Both the position numbers and the translations under genes were made by a program. A stretch of DNA of 61,943 bases from an uncultured bacterium (GTDB lineage: Bacteria > Hydrogenedentota > CAZGCA01). Below, one piece after another: positions 35,571 through 46,208 of the stretch. The DNA lies in NCBI GenBank assembly GCA_964524145.1, contig CAZGCA010000028.1:1-61943 (forward strand), written 5' to 3'. The notes beneath the pieces were generated by a model. It was given only the letters and a program-made list of their open reading frames with translations. It ran no database searches and was not told where the DNA came from. Position 1 is the first letter of the stretch, and each line of letters opens with the position of its first letter.

Positions 35571-38375
35571 TCATCTCCCCTGGAACGTGACGTGCACCGT
35601 CACGATCTTCTTGTGACCAACGGGAAAGCGCAACGTCTTTCCTTTGGAGCGCAATCCTTCCGCAGTCTCTTCGTTAAGGTTCGTGAGGGCCGCGATACGT
35701 ATCTTTTTTGAGAACCTTATCTCGGCCGGCAACTCCTGCTTCGTGGGGTTAAACAGTCTTAGAACCAACGATTGCCCGTCCTCGGACTGTTTCAACGCGC
35801 TGAGGACGAGGTTGGCGGGTTTGATGCTCATGAAGCTTTGGTGTTTGGGCATATCGCCGCCGTGCGGGCCAACCTGCGCGACACGCATCGGTACGGTGAG
35901 CCGTTCGGCTTCGGCGTAGACCCCGGCTTGGTCCCATGTTCCCGAATGAGGATATATCAGGTAGCGGAACTCGTGGATGCCCTGGGTTTGCGAAAGCATC
36001 ATCTCCGGGTGGCGCTCCCACCGTTTACTCACGGTCGTCAGCGAGACTTCGTACGCGCGAAGCAACGTCAACGCGATGGTGCGTTCGTCGTCGTCCGTTA
36101 CCTCGTACTCCCGCACACCGTCGTTTATGATGGCCATACCAACCACGCCGTCGCTTACGTCCACAAAACGGTGCTGCGGATGCGTCGGGTTGCTCGCCGC
36201 GAACCACGGGCTGTCGGGTTCGCGATCAATCTCGCGTTCGACAACGTCGAACGCCATCTCCGCAGCGGAATAAGTCGCCTTGATGTGTGTGGGGAACATC
36301 ACGCGCAACCGGTGGTTCCTGCACCGGTTGTCGAACCTCGTTGTCACCTCGACGCAACGCGACCCGCGTCTTAACCGGATCAGAGACACGATCTTCAATT
36401 CTTTCGTCTCTGCTGTCCGGCGGGATGCATCTCCGGAACCTTCAAGCCGTTTGGTGAAGTCGCCTCCCGCCTCGTCGAGCCCTTCAGGCACGCGCATCCT
36501 GTATTCGACTCGGTAGCTGGACACGAGCGGGCCGCTCTCTTCCAGCGCAACGGTCACGGGACAGTCCAGTGTCGTGACAATCTTGTCGACGGCAGGTTCG
36601 ATGTGCATCCATGCGTGGCCTGCCTCGCCGCCGTCCTCGAAGTAGTGGAGCCGGTCGAACGTCACGCCCGAGTCCTTGTGGCAGAGGGACAGTGTGCCGT
36701 CCGTATTGACCGTTACAGCCAAGTGCTCGTTCTCCATGGAGTTACGTCCCGTCACAAGCATGTCCTTCGTGATCGAGAGGTCGTCTTCATGTTCCAGCTT
36801 GTACGTGGTATACCCCATCGACGGCACGTCGCGTGTCTCGAGATGGAAGGTAACCTGTTCCGCGGGCATCTCCATCGTTGCATCGTCAAGATGTCTCACC
36901 ACGGCGTTATGGGGCCGTCTCGTCACAAGTTGGGTTGGCACTGCGCCACCCTTCGTGTCCGAGATCGAGAACTCTTTGTATCCGCACGAGTCCGGGAGAT
37001 CGACCGTCGCTGTGAGCACTTCCGACCGCGGGAACGGCGACGGGTTGAAGATCGTCAGTAGAACGTCGTCCGGCCCGGCGTCGGAGTTGTCGATCCGCAC
37101 CTGTACCTGTTGGAGCGCGCGTCCCGTCAGCGCATCGGCGATGTTGTTCGCCTGCTCGAGGCGGTGAACCACATCCTTCTCGATCTGGTCCACGCCGCTG
37201 CCGGCGATGCTGTCATGCGCGTGGCATTTCAACAGGTACTTCCACGCTATCTCAAGCAGCGATGCTGGATACTCGTCACCGAGATACCACGATATGGACG
37301 ACCAGGGCTCGGCCCAGCGTTGTAACACATGCTCGGTCAACGCGTTAAGGCGTTTCATGCGGACCCGGCCCGACGTCACTTCGCCGAACAGGTGCAGCCG
37401 CGGGCCCATGGGCGAGGGCGTGCGACGCTCTCCACTAAGCACCGTCAGGTTTCTCGCTGCCTTCTTGACCTTGGCGATGTACTCAGGCAGGCTGCTGTGG
37501 ACCATGGTGTCGTTGCCGAGAAACTTCTGCGCGGCGTCTATTGCCTTGAGTTCAAGCAGATCGGCGCCGCTGCTGTCGTGACCCTGCATGTAGGCGAGAT
37601 ACTTTGTGGTGGCAACGGCTGCCTCCTTCTCGCGCAGATCCTTGACGCACGGTCCAATCTTCGACTGGTGGAAGTGTTTGACCGGATCGGCAAGAAAATG
37701 ATGCCCGGTGCATCGTTCTTGGTCGCAGAAATGGAACGGCAACCCGCCCGCCTGCCACTCGTAGGTTCTTTCGTCGATAGTCTTGCCGTACACCACAGGC
37801 CTGTACAGGTAGAAGTAGAAGTTGTACCGGGCTTTCGAACTCATCTGCGAGCCGAACAGCCGCGACCCGTCTGGCCCCTCGACCATGAACTCGTTCGGCA
37901 CTTCGTCGTGGCTGACTCCGTGGTAGAAGAGGTTGGTGTCGATGCCGAACCCGCCATATATCTGAGGCATCTGCGACGTCTGGCCATAAGAGAACGGACT
38001 GTAGCCGACTTTCATGGCCCCGCCGAACTCGCCGGCGACCTTGTTGCCATACAGCAGGTTGCGCACGAGCGACTCGCCGTTCACGCAGAACTCTTCGGGA
38101 CACGTGTACCACGGCCCTATCAACAGTCGCCCGGTCGAGACGTGATCGCTGATCCGGTTGCGCTGTTCCGGTCGCACCTCGAGATAGTCCTCGACGGGCA
38201 CAACCTGTGAATCGAGCAGATAGGACTTGTACCGCGGCTCGGTATCAAGAATATCGAGCAACCGGTCGAAGAACTCGACCAGCATCATACGCGTTTGCTG
38301 GAAGTTGTACAGCCATTCCCTGTCCCAATGGGTGTTGGATATAACGTGTATTTCGTACGCCTTCCGTTTCCTCAT
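35571..38375 (-). CDS. GH38 alpha-mannosidase / mannosylglycerate hydrolase-like
   Basis: SNTHWDREW, LDSQ, IGPWY, GESLVRNL, FSYGQ.SQMPQI, HDSIAG, LTLLRA. Confidence 0.9.
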   Translation of the reverse strand: MRKRKAYEIHVISNTHWDREWLYNFQQTRMMLVEFFDRLLDILDTEPRYKSYLLDSQVVPVEDYLEVRPEQRNRISDHVSTGRLLIGPWYTCPEEFCVNGESLVRNLLYGNKVAGEFGGAMKVGYSPFSYGQTSQMPQIYGGFGIDTNLFYHGVSHDEVPNEFMVEGPDGSRLFGSQMSSKARYNFYFYLYRPVVYGKTIDERTYEWQAGGLPFHFCDQERCTGHHFLADPVKHFHQSKIGPCVKDLREKEAAVATTKYLAYMQGHDSSGADLLELKAIDAAQKFLGNDTMVHSSLPEYIAKVKKAARNLTVLSGERRTPSPMGPRLHLFGEVTSGRVRMKRLNALTEHVLQRWAEPWSSISWYLGDEYPASLLEIAWKYLLKCHAHDSIAGSGVDQIEKDVVHRLEQANNIADALTGRALQQVQVRIDNSDAGPDDVLLTIFNPSPFPRSEVLTATVDLPDSCGYKEFSISDTKGGAVPTQLVTRRPHNAVVRHLDDATMEMPAEQVTFHLETRDVPSMGYTTYKLEHEDDLSITKDMLVTGRNSMENEHLAVTVNTDGTLSLCHKDSGVTFDRLHYFEDGGEAGHAWMHIEPAVDKIVTTLDCPVTVALEESGPLVSSYRVEYRMRVPEGLDEAGGDFTKRLEGSGDASRRTAETKELKIVSLIRLRRGSRCVEVTTRFDNRCRNHRLRVMFPTHIKATYSAAEMAFDVVEREIDREPDSPWFAASNPTHPQHRFVDVSDGVVGMAIINDGVREYEVTDDDERTIALTLLRAYEVSLTTVSKRWERHPEMMLSQTQGIHEFRYLIYPHSGTWDQAGVYAEAERLTVPMRVAQVGPHGGDMPKHQSFMSIKPANLVLSALKQSEDGQSLVLRLFNPTKQELPAEIRFSKKIRIAALTNLNEETAEGLRSKGKTLRFPVGHKKIVTVHVTFQGR

Positions 38376-38380
38376 GGTCC

Positions 38381-39298
38381 TCACTCCGTCCGGTTCGCGG
38401 CTGCGAGCTTCTCCTCGGCACTTCGCCATCGCCTGTGCGCCCAAAGCCAGTGCTCGGGCGCGCTCAATATGCGTTCCTCAAGGATACCGGTCAGTCGCTG
38501 CAAGTCCGCGGCAAGCTCTTCATTTGTCGGCTTTCCGCGTGGCAGTTGTATGGGATCCTCTATCTCGAAGACGTACCTTCCGCGCGACGCACGGCGCACG
38601 AACGCCGGCAGGATTGGCGCACCGACCGCGCGCGCAAGTCGTACCGAACCCGGAAACGCGGTAGCCGGGCGGCCGAAAAACTCCACCAACACACCATGGC
38701 GAGCGTTCTGATCGAGCGGAAGCCATAATACACCACCTTTTCTCAGCCACCTGCTCGTGCCGATGGCACCGCGCTCCCGGTTGATCATGGTCACGCCCGC
38801 CTGCTTGCACATCCCGTCAAGCACGCGGCCGGCTGGTGCGGACGACATCTTTCGTCTCAACACAGCGACGGACACGCCCGCTCGGGCAAGTCGTACGACG
38901 GCAAGTGGAAAGTTGCTCAAGTGGCCGCTTGCAAGTATTACGCCCCTACCCTCCGCTATCGCAGACTCGAGTTTCTCGAATCCTTCGAGTTCAACGAGGC
39001 GGTTGAGCTTCTCATCCGGCAAAGCGTATCCGGACATCAGAACCACGCTGTCCTGGATGAAATGCACAAGCGCGCGCCGTGCCAGCTGCCGTTTCCGGCG
39101 CGGCGTCAACCGGTCGCCGTAGACTTTGCCGAGGTTGTCAATCGCGATACTGCGCCGTTTCGGAAGAATGCAATAGGCGACGTTGCCCACAATCCAGCCG
39201 AGAAGATACCCTGCGTCGACCGGAAGGATGCGCAAAACACCGACCAAGGCTCTTAGCAGGCACAGATAGCAGCTCTCTGCAACAGATTTCACAGACAT
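38381..39298 (-). CDS. LpxL/HtrB-family (lipid A/lysophospholipid) acyltransferase with atypical HLSNFP motif
   Basis: GRGVIL.SGH, DQ, VEFFGRPA, PEHWLWAHRRW. Confidence 0.85.
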   Translation of the reverse strand: MSVKSVAESCYLCLLRALVGVLRILPVDAGYLLGWIVGNVAYCILPKRRSIAIDNLGKVYGDRLTPRRKRQLARRALVHFIQDSVVLMSGYALPDEKLNRLVELEGFEKLESAIAEGRGVILASGHLSNFPLAVVRLARAGVSVAVLRRKMSSAPAGRVLDGMCKQAGVTMINRERGAIGTSRWLRKGGVLWLPLDQNARHGVLVEFFGRPATAFPGSVRLARAVGAPILPAFVRRASRGRYVFEIEDPIQLPRGKPTNEELAADLQRLTGILEERILSAPEHWLWAHRRWRSAEEKLAAANRTE

Positions 39299-39311
39299 GA
39301 GGTGCGGCTCA

Positions 39312-40865
39312 TTAGTCCGGGCGGCTCGACTGCTTCTCGCCTCGCAACGCCGCTCGGTCGATCTTCCCCACCGACGTCTTCGGCAGGACGTCGACAAACG
39401 TTATGTCGCGCGGCACCTTGTAGGAGGCCAGATGTTTCCGGGCCAGCGCGATCAGCTCGTCCGCAGTGACGGTCGCGCCGGGTTTCTTGACAACAAACGC
39501 GATGACGCGCTCGCCGCTATGGGGGTCGGGCTCGCCGACGACGGCGGCTTCCTGCACGTCCTGATGTATGAAGAGCACACTTTCGACTTCGTTGGGAAGC
39601 ACATTGAACCCGTGCACGATGACTATCTCTTTGTTGCGACCGGAGATGTAGAGGTAGCCTTCCTTATCGAAGAACCCCACGTCACCGGTGTAAAACGTTC
39701 CGTCCCGCATCACTTCACGAGTCGCTTCCGGCGCGTTCAGATACCCGGTCATCAGTGACGGTCCGCGAACCACGATTTCCCCGGGCTCTCCGGTCGGGCA
39801 TTCTTCACCGTTCTGGTCCACTATCCGGATGTCATTGTCTGGCAGTTCCACGATTTTCCCAAGGGACCCGAATCGATGCACGCCCACGCTCAACGGAGTG
39901 ACCGCAACGGTTGGTGCGACCTCCGTCAATCCATATCCGCTGATTGGGGCCGTTCCGAGCTTTTCAGTAATTTCTGCAAGCAGATCCGGCGTCATCGGAG
40001 CACCGAACACCACCATCCGTGTCGTCGCGCCCAGCTCGCGCAGCTCATCCGGTTGTAGCCCGGCGAGCAACACTCGCATCATCGACGGCGCCAACGACAG
40101 CAGCACGGGTTTGTGCTCTTTGACGAGCACGAGCAACCGACGAGGTGCAAACCGGTTCATTAAGACGATCTTAGCGGCAAAGTACACGCACGCGTTAAGA
40201 TACACGGGCCCAACGATATGGGACGCAGGTACCGGAAGGAGATGGACGAATCCCTCCTCGAGCAGCCAAACCTTCTCGAGGGCGTAGATGAACGTGTCCC
40301 ACACGCGCGCAGGCAACATCGCCAGCTTGGGATGACCGGTTGTTCCCGAGGTGAGCAGTAGAGCGGTCAGGTCTTCCGGCCCTACAGCAGCTGGCTCGAA
40401 GGCTTCGGCCGCGGCATCCGATTCGACCACCTCGGCAAGGTCCAGAGGCTCGACACTCGACGAGCCGGGCCAGTGCCCCCCTGCACTTATTACTATCTCG
40501 CAGTCGGGAGTGTTTTCACTTATCGAGGCCGCCAATCCGGCATACTCCGCTCTGGTGATCAGCGCGCGAGGACGCGCAGTTGCGGACTGTCGCACTATCT
40601 CTTCATCCGCCAGGCGCGGATCGAACGGCAAGAAGGGTGCTCCGAGATACGAACAGGCGTAGTATGTGTAGGCCAGCCCGACCGAATTGGGCAAGAGGAC
40701 GGCCACCGGCCCGTCTCTTCCGGCGCCGTGTTCGGCAAGCGCCGCCGCCAGTGCGCGCGAGCGCACCCGCAACTCGCCGAACGTCACCGTATCCTGACCG
40801 CACACCACCGCGGCGGCATCCCGGTGAGTTTTGCCGCGACGATCCAGCCACTCATGGGCTACCAT
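39312..40865 (-). CDS. Long-chain acyl-CoA ligase (class I adenylate-forming enzyme)
   Basis: TSGTTGHPK, GYGLTE, TGDVG, GR.KE, LPKT.VGKI. Confidence 0.92.
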   Translation of the reverse strand: MVAHEWLDRRGKTHRDAAAVVCGQDTVTFGELRVRSRALAAALAEHGAGRDGPVAVLLPNSVGLAYTYYACSYLGAPFLPFDPRLADEEIVRQSATARPRALITRAEYAGLAASISENTPDCEIVISAGGHWPGSSSVEPLDLAEVVESDAAAEAFEPAAVGPEDLTALLLTSGTTGHPKLAMLPARVWDTFIYALEKVWLLEEGFVHLLPVPASHIVGPVYLNACVYFAAKIVLMNRFAPRRLLVLVKEHKPVLLSLAPSMMRVLLAGLQPDELRELGATTRMVVFGAPMTPDLLAEITEKLGTAPISGYGLTEVAPTVAVTPLSVGVHRFGSLGKIVELPDNDIRIVDQNGEECPTGEPGEIVVRGPSLMTGYLNAPEATREVMRDGTFYTGDVGFFDKEGYLYISGRNKEIVIVHGFNVLPNEVESVLFIHQDVQEAAVVGEPDPHSGERVIAFVVKKPGATVTADELIALARKHLASYKVPRDITFVDVLPKTSVGKIDRAALRGEKQSSRPD

Positions 40866-40907
40866 TCAGCACTTCCTTCAACAGGTGGGGAATCCGAACG
40901 GTACGCC

Positions 40908-41780
40908 CTAATAGTACTTTCTGAAGTCGGGAACCGAGGCATGTACCTTTGCAAGGCCTGTGCAAACCGGAAACCTATCGGTTGGGTACTTATGAAACTC
41001 CACGTGACCGTCGAGGTAAGCGACGTTACATCCTCCCGGCACATGATTGAACTCCTCGATACTCTCGCTCGGAATATCCCAGAACACCGCTATCTCCGAC
41101 TGGGCCAATGCCGATGCCGCCGGGTTGTTGATGTCGGTAATGAAGAACCGCTCGATTCCTTCGCGCAACCTGTAGAGGGTACTCATCTGCCGGGTCCCGA
41201 TCGGCGCCAGTAGTAGAAGATCGGTATCAAGTGCCACCGGATTACTGGTGGCCGCCACGACGCTATCGAAAAACACCCCGATATCCTGCACACTGGTCAC
41301 ATCAAGAGGGAACGTGTACCCGGTGTAGTCATACGTCCACCAATCGATCCTGTCCGGGTTGACAGCGCCGTCTGGAGTGGGTTCATACTCGCCTGTGCCG
41401 GGATTATATATGGAAAGCCAGGGAGGGTCGTCTCCCGCCAGAGGCGATGACGGGCAGACGAACACCTTCATGTCAGAAAGGTACTCGGGGTAGATCGCCC
41501 GGCCACTCGGCGTGAATGTCGGTCTGTATCCGGAGGGGGAGGACGGGGAGACAGTTCTATCCATGTGGGGAAGCCGTCCGTTCCACTCGCCGGCGTACAT
41601 TTTGAACACAAGCATCGATTGCTTAAGATTGTTTGCGCACGAGGCGCGTCGTGCCGCTTCCCGCGCTCTGGCCAGCGCCGGCAAGAGTATCGCCGCGAGA
41701 ATCCCTATGATGGCGATCACCACGAGCAATTCAATAAGCGTGAATCCGCTCCAGTTTCTTGTGCTCTTCATGTTACCCAT
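40908..41780 (-). CDS. Prepilin-type N-terminal methylation / DUF1559 / H-X9-DG protein (paralogue 1)
   Basis: [51 protein letters not shown]. Confidence 0.92.
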   Translation of the reverse strand: MGNMKSTRNWSGFTLIELLVVIAIIGILAAILLPALARAREAARRASCANNLKQSMLVFKMYAGEWNGRLPHMDRTVSPSSPSGYRPTFTPSGRAIYPEYLSDMKVFVCPSSPLAGDDPPWLSIYNPGTGEYEPTPDGAVNPDRIDWWTYDYTGYTFPLDVTSVQDIGVFFDSVVAATSNPVALDTDLLLLAPIGTRQMSTLYRLREGIERFFITDINNPAASALAQSEIAVFWDIPSESIEEFNHVPGGCNVAYLDGHVEFHKYPTDRFPVCTGLAKVHASVPDFRKYY

Positions 41781-41975
41781 CGTTCATCTCCCTCACATGT
41801 TACCAACGATTCCGGCAAACTCATACGGCGTACACTATCACAACAGAAGGCTCCGGTCAAGGGGCTGCTCCATTACGTTCCGGCACACCGTTCGAACGAG
41901 CGATTAAAAGCATGCTTGCGCCGTGGGCCGATTTGACAAGTGGCGTGCCGTCATGCAGCGTTTCCGCCGGAATAG

Positions 41976-42812
41976 CTAGTAGGACTTCCTGAAGTCCGGC
42001 ACCTCCCCATGTTTCATTGCAAGACCGGTGCAGACCGGGAAGGTCTCGGTTGGATACTTCTGGAACTCGACGTGACCGTCCATGAAGCCAACGTTGCATC
42101 CGCCCGGCACGTGGTTGAACTCGTCGATAGCCTCGCTGGGAATGTCCCAGATGACGGCTATCTCCGACTGAGCCGCAGCGGACGCTGCCGGGTTGTTTAT
42201 GTCGGTGATAAAGAACCGTTCGATACCTTCACGTATCCTGTACACGGTCGTTATTTGCCGCGCGCCAAGCCCCGGCGGTGGAAAGGAAAGGTCATTGTCA
42301 AGGGCTGACTCGCCAGTGACCGGATTCTGAATCCCGGCAAACACCGCGCCAAACCAAGTGTCTATGTCATCGTACCCCGGCGCGTCCGACGGGTAAGCGA
42401 ATCCCGCGTAATCGTACGTCCACCAGTCTATTCTGTCGGGGTTGACGGTTCCTTCTTCATTCAACCACGGAGGGTCTTCCCCAGCGAGAGGTGATGAGGG
42501 ACAGACAAACGGGTTCATGTCAGAGAGATACTCTGGGTATATCGCGCGGCCCCTCGGAGTGAACGTCGGTCTGTATGGCGGGCCGGTCGGCGGCACGAGA
42601 GGCGCCCTCGACATCGGTGGGAATCGACCGTTCCACTCGTTGGCGTACATCTTGAACGAAAGCATCACCTGTTTGATGTTGTTCGCACAGGACGCTCGTC
42701 TCGCGGCCTCCCGAGCCCTGGCAAGCGCAGGCAACAGTATTGCGGCGAGAATGCCTATGATAGCGATTACGACAAGCAGTTCAATCAGCGTAAACCCATT
42801 CGTTCTCTTCAT
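41976..42812 (-). CDS. Prepilin-type N-terminal methylation / DUF1559 / H-X9-DG protein (paralogue 2)
   Basis: Same motifs, [16 protein letters not shown]; GGGAGG RBS. Confidence 0.92.
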   Translation of the reverse strand: MKRTNGFTLIELLVVIAIIGILAAILLPALARAREAARRASCANNIKQVMLSFKMYANEWNGRFPPMSRAPLVPPTGPPYRPTFTPRGRAIYPEYLSDMNPFVCPSSPLAGEDPPWLNEEGTVNPDRIDWWTYDYAGFAYPSDAPGYDDIDTWFGAVFAGIQNPVTGESALDNDLSFPPPGLGARQITTVYRIREGIERFFITDINNPAASAAAQSEIAVIWDIPSEAIDEFNHVPGGCNVGFMDGHVEFQKYPTETFPVCTGLAMKHGEVPDFRKSY

Positions 42813-42880
42813 GTTCCAGTAAGCCTCCCTGACCCTATCCCCGTTTCGCGAGCTAAAGATACCCTGCTATGTCGGGCCAG

Positions 42881-42910
42881 ATTGTAACCCGGGAGCAGCT
42901 TATTAGTCAA
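42881..42910 (-). promoter_or_regulatory. Putative promoter for the pilin-like genes
   Basis: Minus strand TTGACT-N18-TACAAT. Confidence 0.5.
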
Positions 42911-43100
42911 ACTTCAGGGGTCTCGAACATTGAGATGGTATTCTGTCGAGAGTTGAGGACCTGCCGAGCCGGCACCATGACCGAGCAGGAATTGACTGCA
43001 TCCGCCGGTGCGCGTAGAATATCAGGATGCACGGCAACGCCTTGCTGACACTGGTTGCGAGCCGAATGAACGTCGAACAGTAGTTGGAACTTGATGTGCC

Positions 43101-44030
43101 GTGAGAGATAGACCCCTGATCGACAAGCCAACGTTTGTCCTCCTGTGGTGTCTGGTTCGCGTGCTTCGTTTGTTGCCGCTACCGCTTGTGCGATGGTTGG
43201 GCGCGTCCGTAGGGGGTCTGCTATATTACATGGTGCCGGGGCGCCGCAAGATCGGTCTCGCCAACCTCGATACGGTGTATGGAGACAGGCTGAGTCGGCG
43301 CGAGAAACGGCGGATCGCCCGAAAGAGCGCAAAGCACTTCCTGGAAAGCGCCCTGGTCTTTACCCGGTGTTACTGGTGGTCGCGAGAAAAGCTTGACGGG
43401 CTCATGGATGCACAAAGCATCGCGAGGCTCGATGAGCGGCTCGCGCGAGAGGATGGGAAGGGGTTGATAATAGTAAGCGGCCACCTCAGCAATTTTCCAC
43501 TCGTGATCGTGTACCTCAGACAGTGGGGAATGCCCGTTGCGGCGGAGGTGCGCAGGGGCGGCTTCAAACCGGTAGAACAGATGCTTGACAGAATACGCGA
43601 TGAGAGAGGCGTGAGTTCTCTGGCGCGCGGCAGCACCGCAGTGCGCGCGCGGAGGCTCCTCGAGGATGGCGGGGTGATCTGGTCCATTATTGACCAGGAC
43701 GCGCGCCCCGGGGTACTGGTCGATTTCTTTGGGAAACCAGCGACCACCTACCCGACTGCGGTCCGGCTGGCGCGCGCGTTTGACGTGCCCATCCTGCCGC
43801 TCTTCGTCCGCCAGAACGAGGCGGGCAAATACGTTCTCGATACCGAGAGTGTTATCAGGTTGCCCCACGGCAAACCCACGGGCGATGAATTGGTTGCGGA
43901 ATTGCGGCACCTCAACGGGTTGCTGGAACAGCATATCCTTCGCACGCCGGAGCAGTGGCTATGGACGCACCGTCGGTGGCGAACGGCCGAGAAGACCTTG
44001 CGACGACAGCAGTCAGTTGAGACGACGTGA
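43101..44030 (+). CDS. LpxL/HtrB-family acyltransferase (paralogue of 38381-39298), HLSNFP motif
   Basis: GKGLIIVSGHLSNFP, DQD, VDFFGKPA, PEQWLWTHRRW. Confidence 0.85.
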   Translation: MRDRPLIDKPTFVLLWCLVRVLRLLPLPLVRWLGASVGGLLYYMVPGRRKIGLANLDTVYGDRLSRREKRRIARKSAKHFLESALVFTRCYWWSREKLDGLMDAQSIARLDERLAREDGKGLIIVSGHLSNFPLVIVYLRQWGMPVAAEVRRGGFKPVEQMLDRIRDERGVSSLARGSTAVRARRLLEDGGVIWSIIDQDARPGVLVDFFGKPATTYPTAVRLARAFDVPILPLFVRQNEAGKYVLDTESVIRLPHGKPTGDELVAELRHLNGLLEQHILRTPEQWLWTHRRWRTAEKTLRRQQSVETT

Positions 44031-44130
44031 AGGTCGGGGAGATGCGCATCTCGTTGATCGCAGCCGGCCCATCGCATAGGCTCGTAAGGAGATGTTCCCA
44101 TTCGCCTGTCGGTCTGCACGGAAAGGAGAG

Positions 44131-45990
44131 ATGATGCGTTTTCTGGTGGTTTTCGTGACGGTGCTGTTTGCAGTTGGCGGTTTGTCTGCCGTTGAGGTCG
44201 AGTCGCCGGACGGGAAGATCGTGGTTACGTTTGACGTGAGGGACGACCGCGGGCAGAAGGGGTGCATGTTTTGGGCCGTCGCGTATCAGGGCACACCTAT
44301 CCTGGCCGGTTCGCGGTTGGGACTCGTGTTGGAGGACGGGCCGGCGCTGGACAGCGGGTTCGAGGTCGCCAGGTTGACCCGAAGCAGCGGCGACACCATG
44401 TGGGAACCGGTCTACGGCGAACGAAGCGAGATTCGCGATAATTACCAGCAGTTGGCGGTTGACCTGCGCGGCGTCCGGGATCCCGACCGGCGGCTGCGGG
44501 TGACGTTTCGCGCATACAACGAGGGAGCGGCCGTCTGCTACACGGTACCCGAGCAGGAGAACCTGCGGGACTTCGTCATCAAGACCGAGAACACCCAGTT
44601 CCGTTTCACCGACAACCACGTGGCATATCCGGTCTACTCGGCTCAAGGCGAGTACGAGACGACGCATATCGACAAGGTGAAAGGCAACTGTGAACGGCCG
44701 CTGACTGTCGAGATTGCCGGCGGGCCGGTGGTCGCCGTGGGCGAAGCGCGGTTGGTCGACTATGCGCGGATGCGGCTCAAGCCGGTCCGGGGCCGGTCCC
44801 ATACGCTCGTGAGCATGCTGGGCAGCAAAGTGACGGCTTCAACGCCTTACACCACGCCATGGCGCGTGCTGATGGTCGCCGACACGCCCGGCCAACTGCT
44901 CGAACGCAACTACCTGATCCTTAATCTGAACGATCCGTGCGCCATCGAAGACACCTCGTGGATCAAGCCCGGCAAGGTTATACGCGAGGTTACGCTGACG
45001 ACTGCGGGCGGCAAGGCGTGCGTCGATTTCGCGGTCGAACGCGGCCTGCAGTACGTCGAGTACGACGCGGGCTGGTACGGCCACGAGTACGACGATGAAT
45101 CCGACGCCAGGACAGTTAATGTGGACCCGGAACGGTCGAAGGGTCCGCTGGACCTGCACGGGGTTATCGAGTACGCAAAGGCACGGAATATCGGCGTTCT
45201 CGTCTACGTGAACCGGCGCCAGCTCGAACGGCAGCTCGACGAGATCCTCCCGCTGTACAAAAGCTGGGGCGTCAAAGGCGTCAAGTACGGATTCGTCCAG
45301 GTCGGCAGCCAGAAATGGACCGCGTGGCTGCACGAAGCGGTACGAAAGGCTGCCGAGCACGAACTGATGGTCGACGTACACGACGAGTATCGTCCAACCG
45401 GGTACAGCCGCACGTATCCGAACCTCATGACACAAGAAGGTATCCGCGGCAACGAATGCATGCCGACCGCCGAACACAACCTTATTCTGCCGTTCACACG
45501 ATCGTTGTGCGGCGCGGGCGATGCCACGGTCTGCTGGTACTCGAACCGTGTACAGAACACGCTCGCACACCAGTTGGCCGCGTCGGTCGTCTTCTACAGC
45601 CCGTTGCAGTTCATCTTCTGGTACGACAGGCCGCAGCAGTACCGGGGCGAACCCGAACTCGAGTTCTTCAAACATGTGCCGACGGTCTGGGACGAGACCC
45701 GCGTGATCGACGGCAAGATCGGGCAGTACGTGACGATTGCGCGCCGCAAGGGACGCGAATGGTACGTCGGCAGCATGAACGCAGTCGCCCGCCGCGAGCT
45801 CGAGGTTCCTCTCACGTTCCTCGAACCCGGCATCAAATACACCGCCCACATCCACTCCGACGGCAGCCCGGAAGGTCACGATCGAACCGGCGTCAGTATC
45901 CGCCGGCAGCCCGTCGATTCCAACACGATGATCAAGGCCGACATGGCAGCCAACGGCGGCCAGGCGATACGGATCGTTCCCGCGGAATAG
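44131..45990 (+). CDS. Secreted GH97 alpha-glucosidase/alpha-galactosidase
   Basis: Signal peptide; SPDGK, FRAYNEG, TPWR, SWIKPGK, DAGWY, GVKYGF, PTGYSRTYPN..TQEG.RGNE, PTVWDET. Confidence 0.93.
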   Translation: MMRFLVVFVTVLFAVGGLSAVEVESPDGKIVVTFDVRDDRGQKGCMFWAVAYQGTPILAGSRLGLVLEDGPALDSGFEVARLTRSSGDTMWEPVYGERSEIRDNYQQLAVDLRGVRDPDRRLRVTFRAYNEGAAVCYTVPEQENLRDFVIKTENTQFRFTDNHVAYPVYSAQGEYETTHIDKVKGNCERPLTVEIAGGPVVAVGEARLVDYARMRLKPVRGRSHTLVSMLGSKVTASTPYTTPWRVLMVADTPGQLLERNYLILNLNDPCAIEDTSWIKPGKVIREVTLTTAGGKACVDFAVERGLQYVEYDAGWYGHEYDDESDARTVNVDPERSKGPLDLHGVIEYAKARNIGVLVYVNRRQLERQLDEILPLYKSWGVKGVKYGFVQVGSQKWTAWLHEAVRKAAEHELMVDVHDEYRPTGYSRTYPNLMTQEGIRGNECMPTAEHNLILPFTRSLCGAGDATVCWYSNRVQNTLAHQLAASVVFYSPLQFIFWYDRPQQYRGEPELEFFKHVPTVWDETRVIDGKIGQYVTIARRKGREWYVGSMNAVARRELEVPLTFLEPGIKYTAHIHSDGSPEGHDRTGVSIRRQPVDSNTMIKADMAANGGQAIRIVPAE

Positions 45991-46208
45991 GCGCGACCTG
46001 CGGCCAAAAGATTTGATGAAACGCGATTACTGGGCGTATAATTATGTACGAGACTGTGGTTCCCGGGAACGTAAGGGCTTGTTTGCAGCGCGAAGTGCCG
46101 TTAGGTCATAATCACATGTCAACAACGTCACCAAACAGGGCGTTGAAACGACGCGAGAAAGTGCGCGCCTCAGGTTAACGGTTGGCTGCCCTCAAGAAGG
46201 ACAGCGAA

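Noticed and set aside
40908-42812. Diversity-generating retroelement (Avd-like gene at 26.2 kb plus similar 3' ends of two pilin-like genes as TR/VR)
   Set aside because: No reverse transcriptase in the window; differences between the paralogues are mostly synonymous and involve all bases, not adenine-specific; both are full ORFs.
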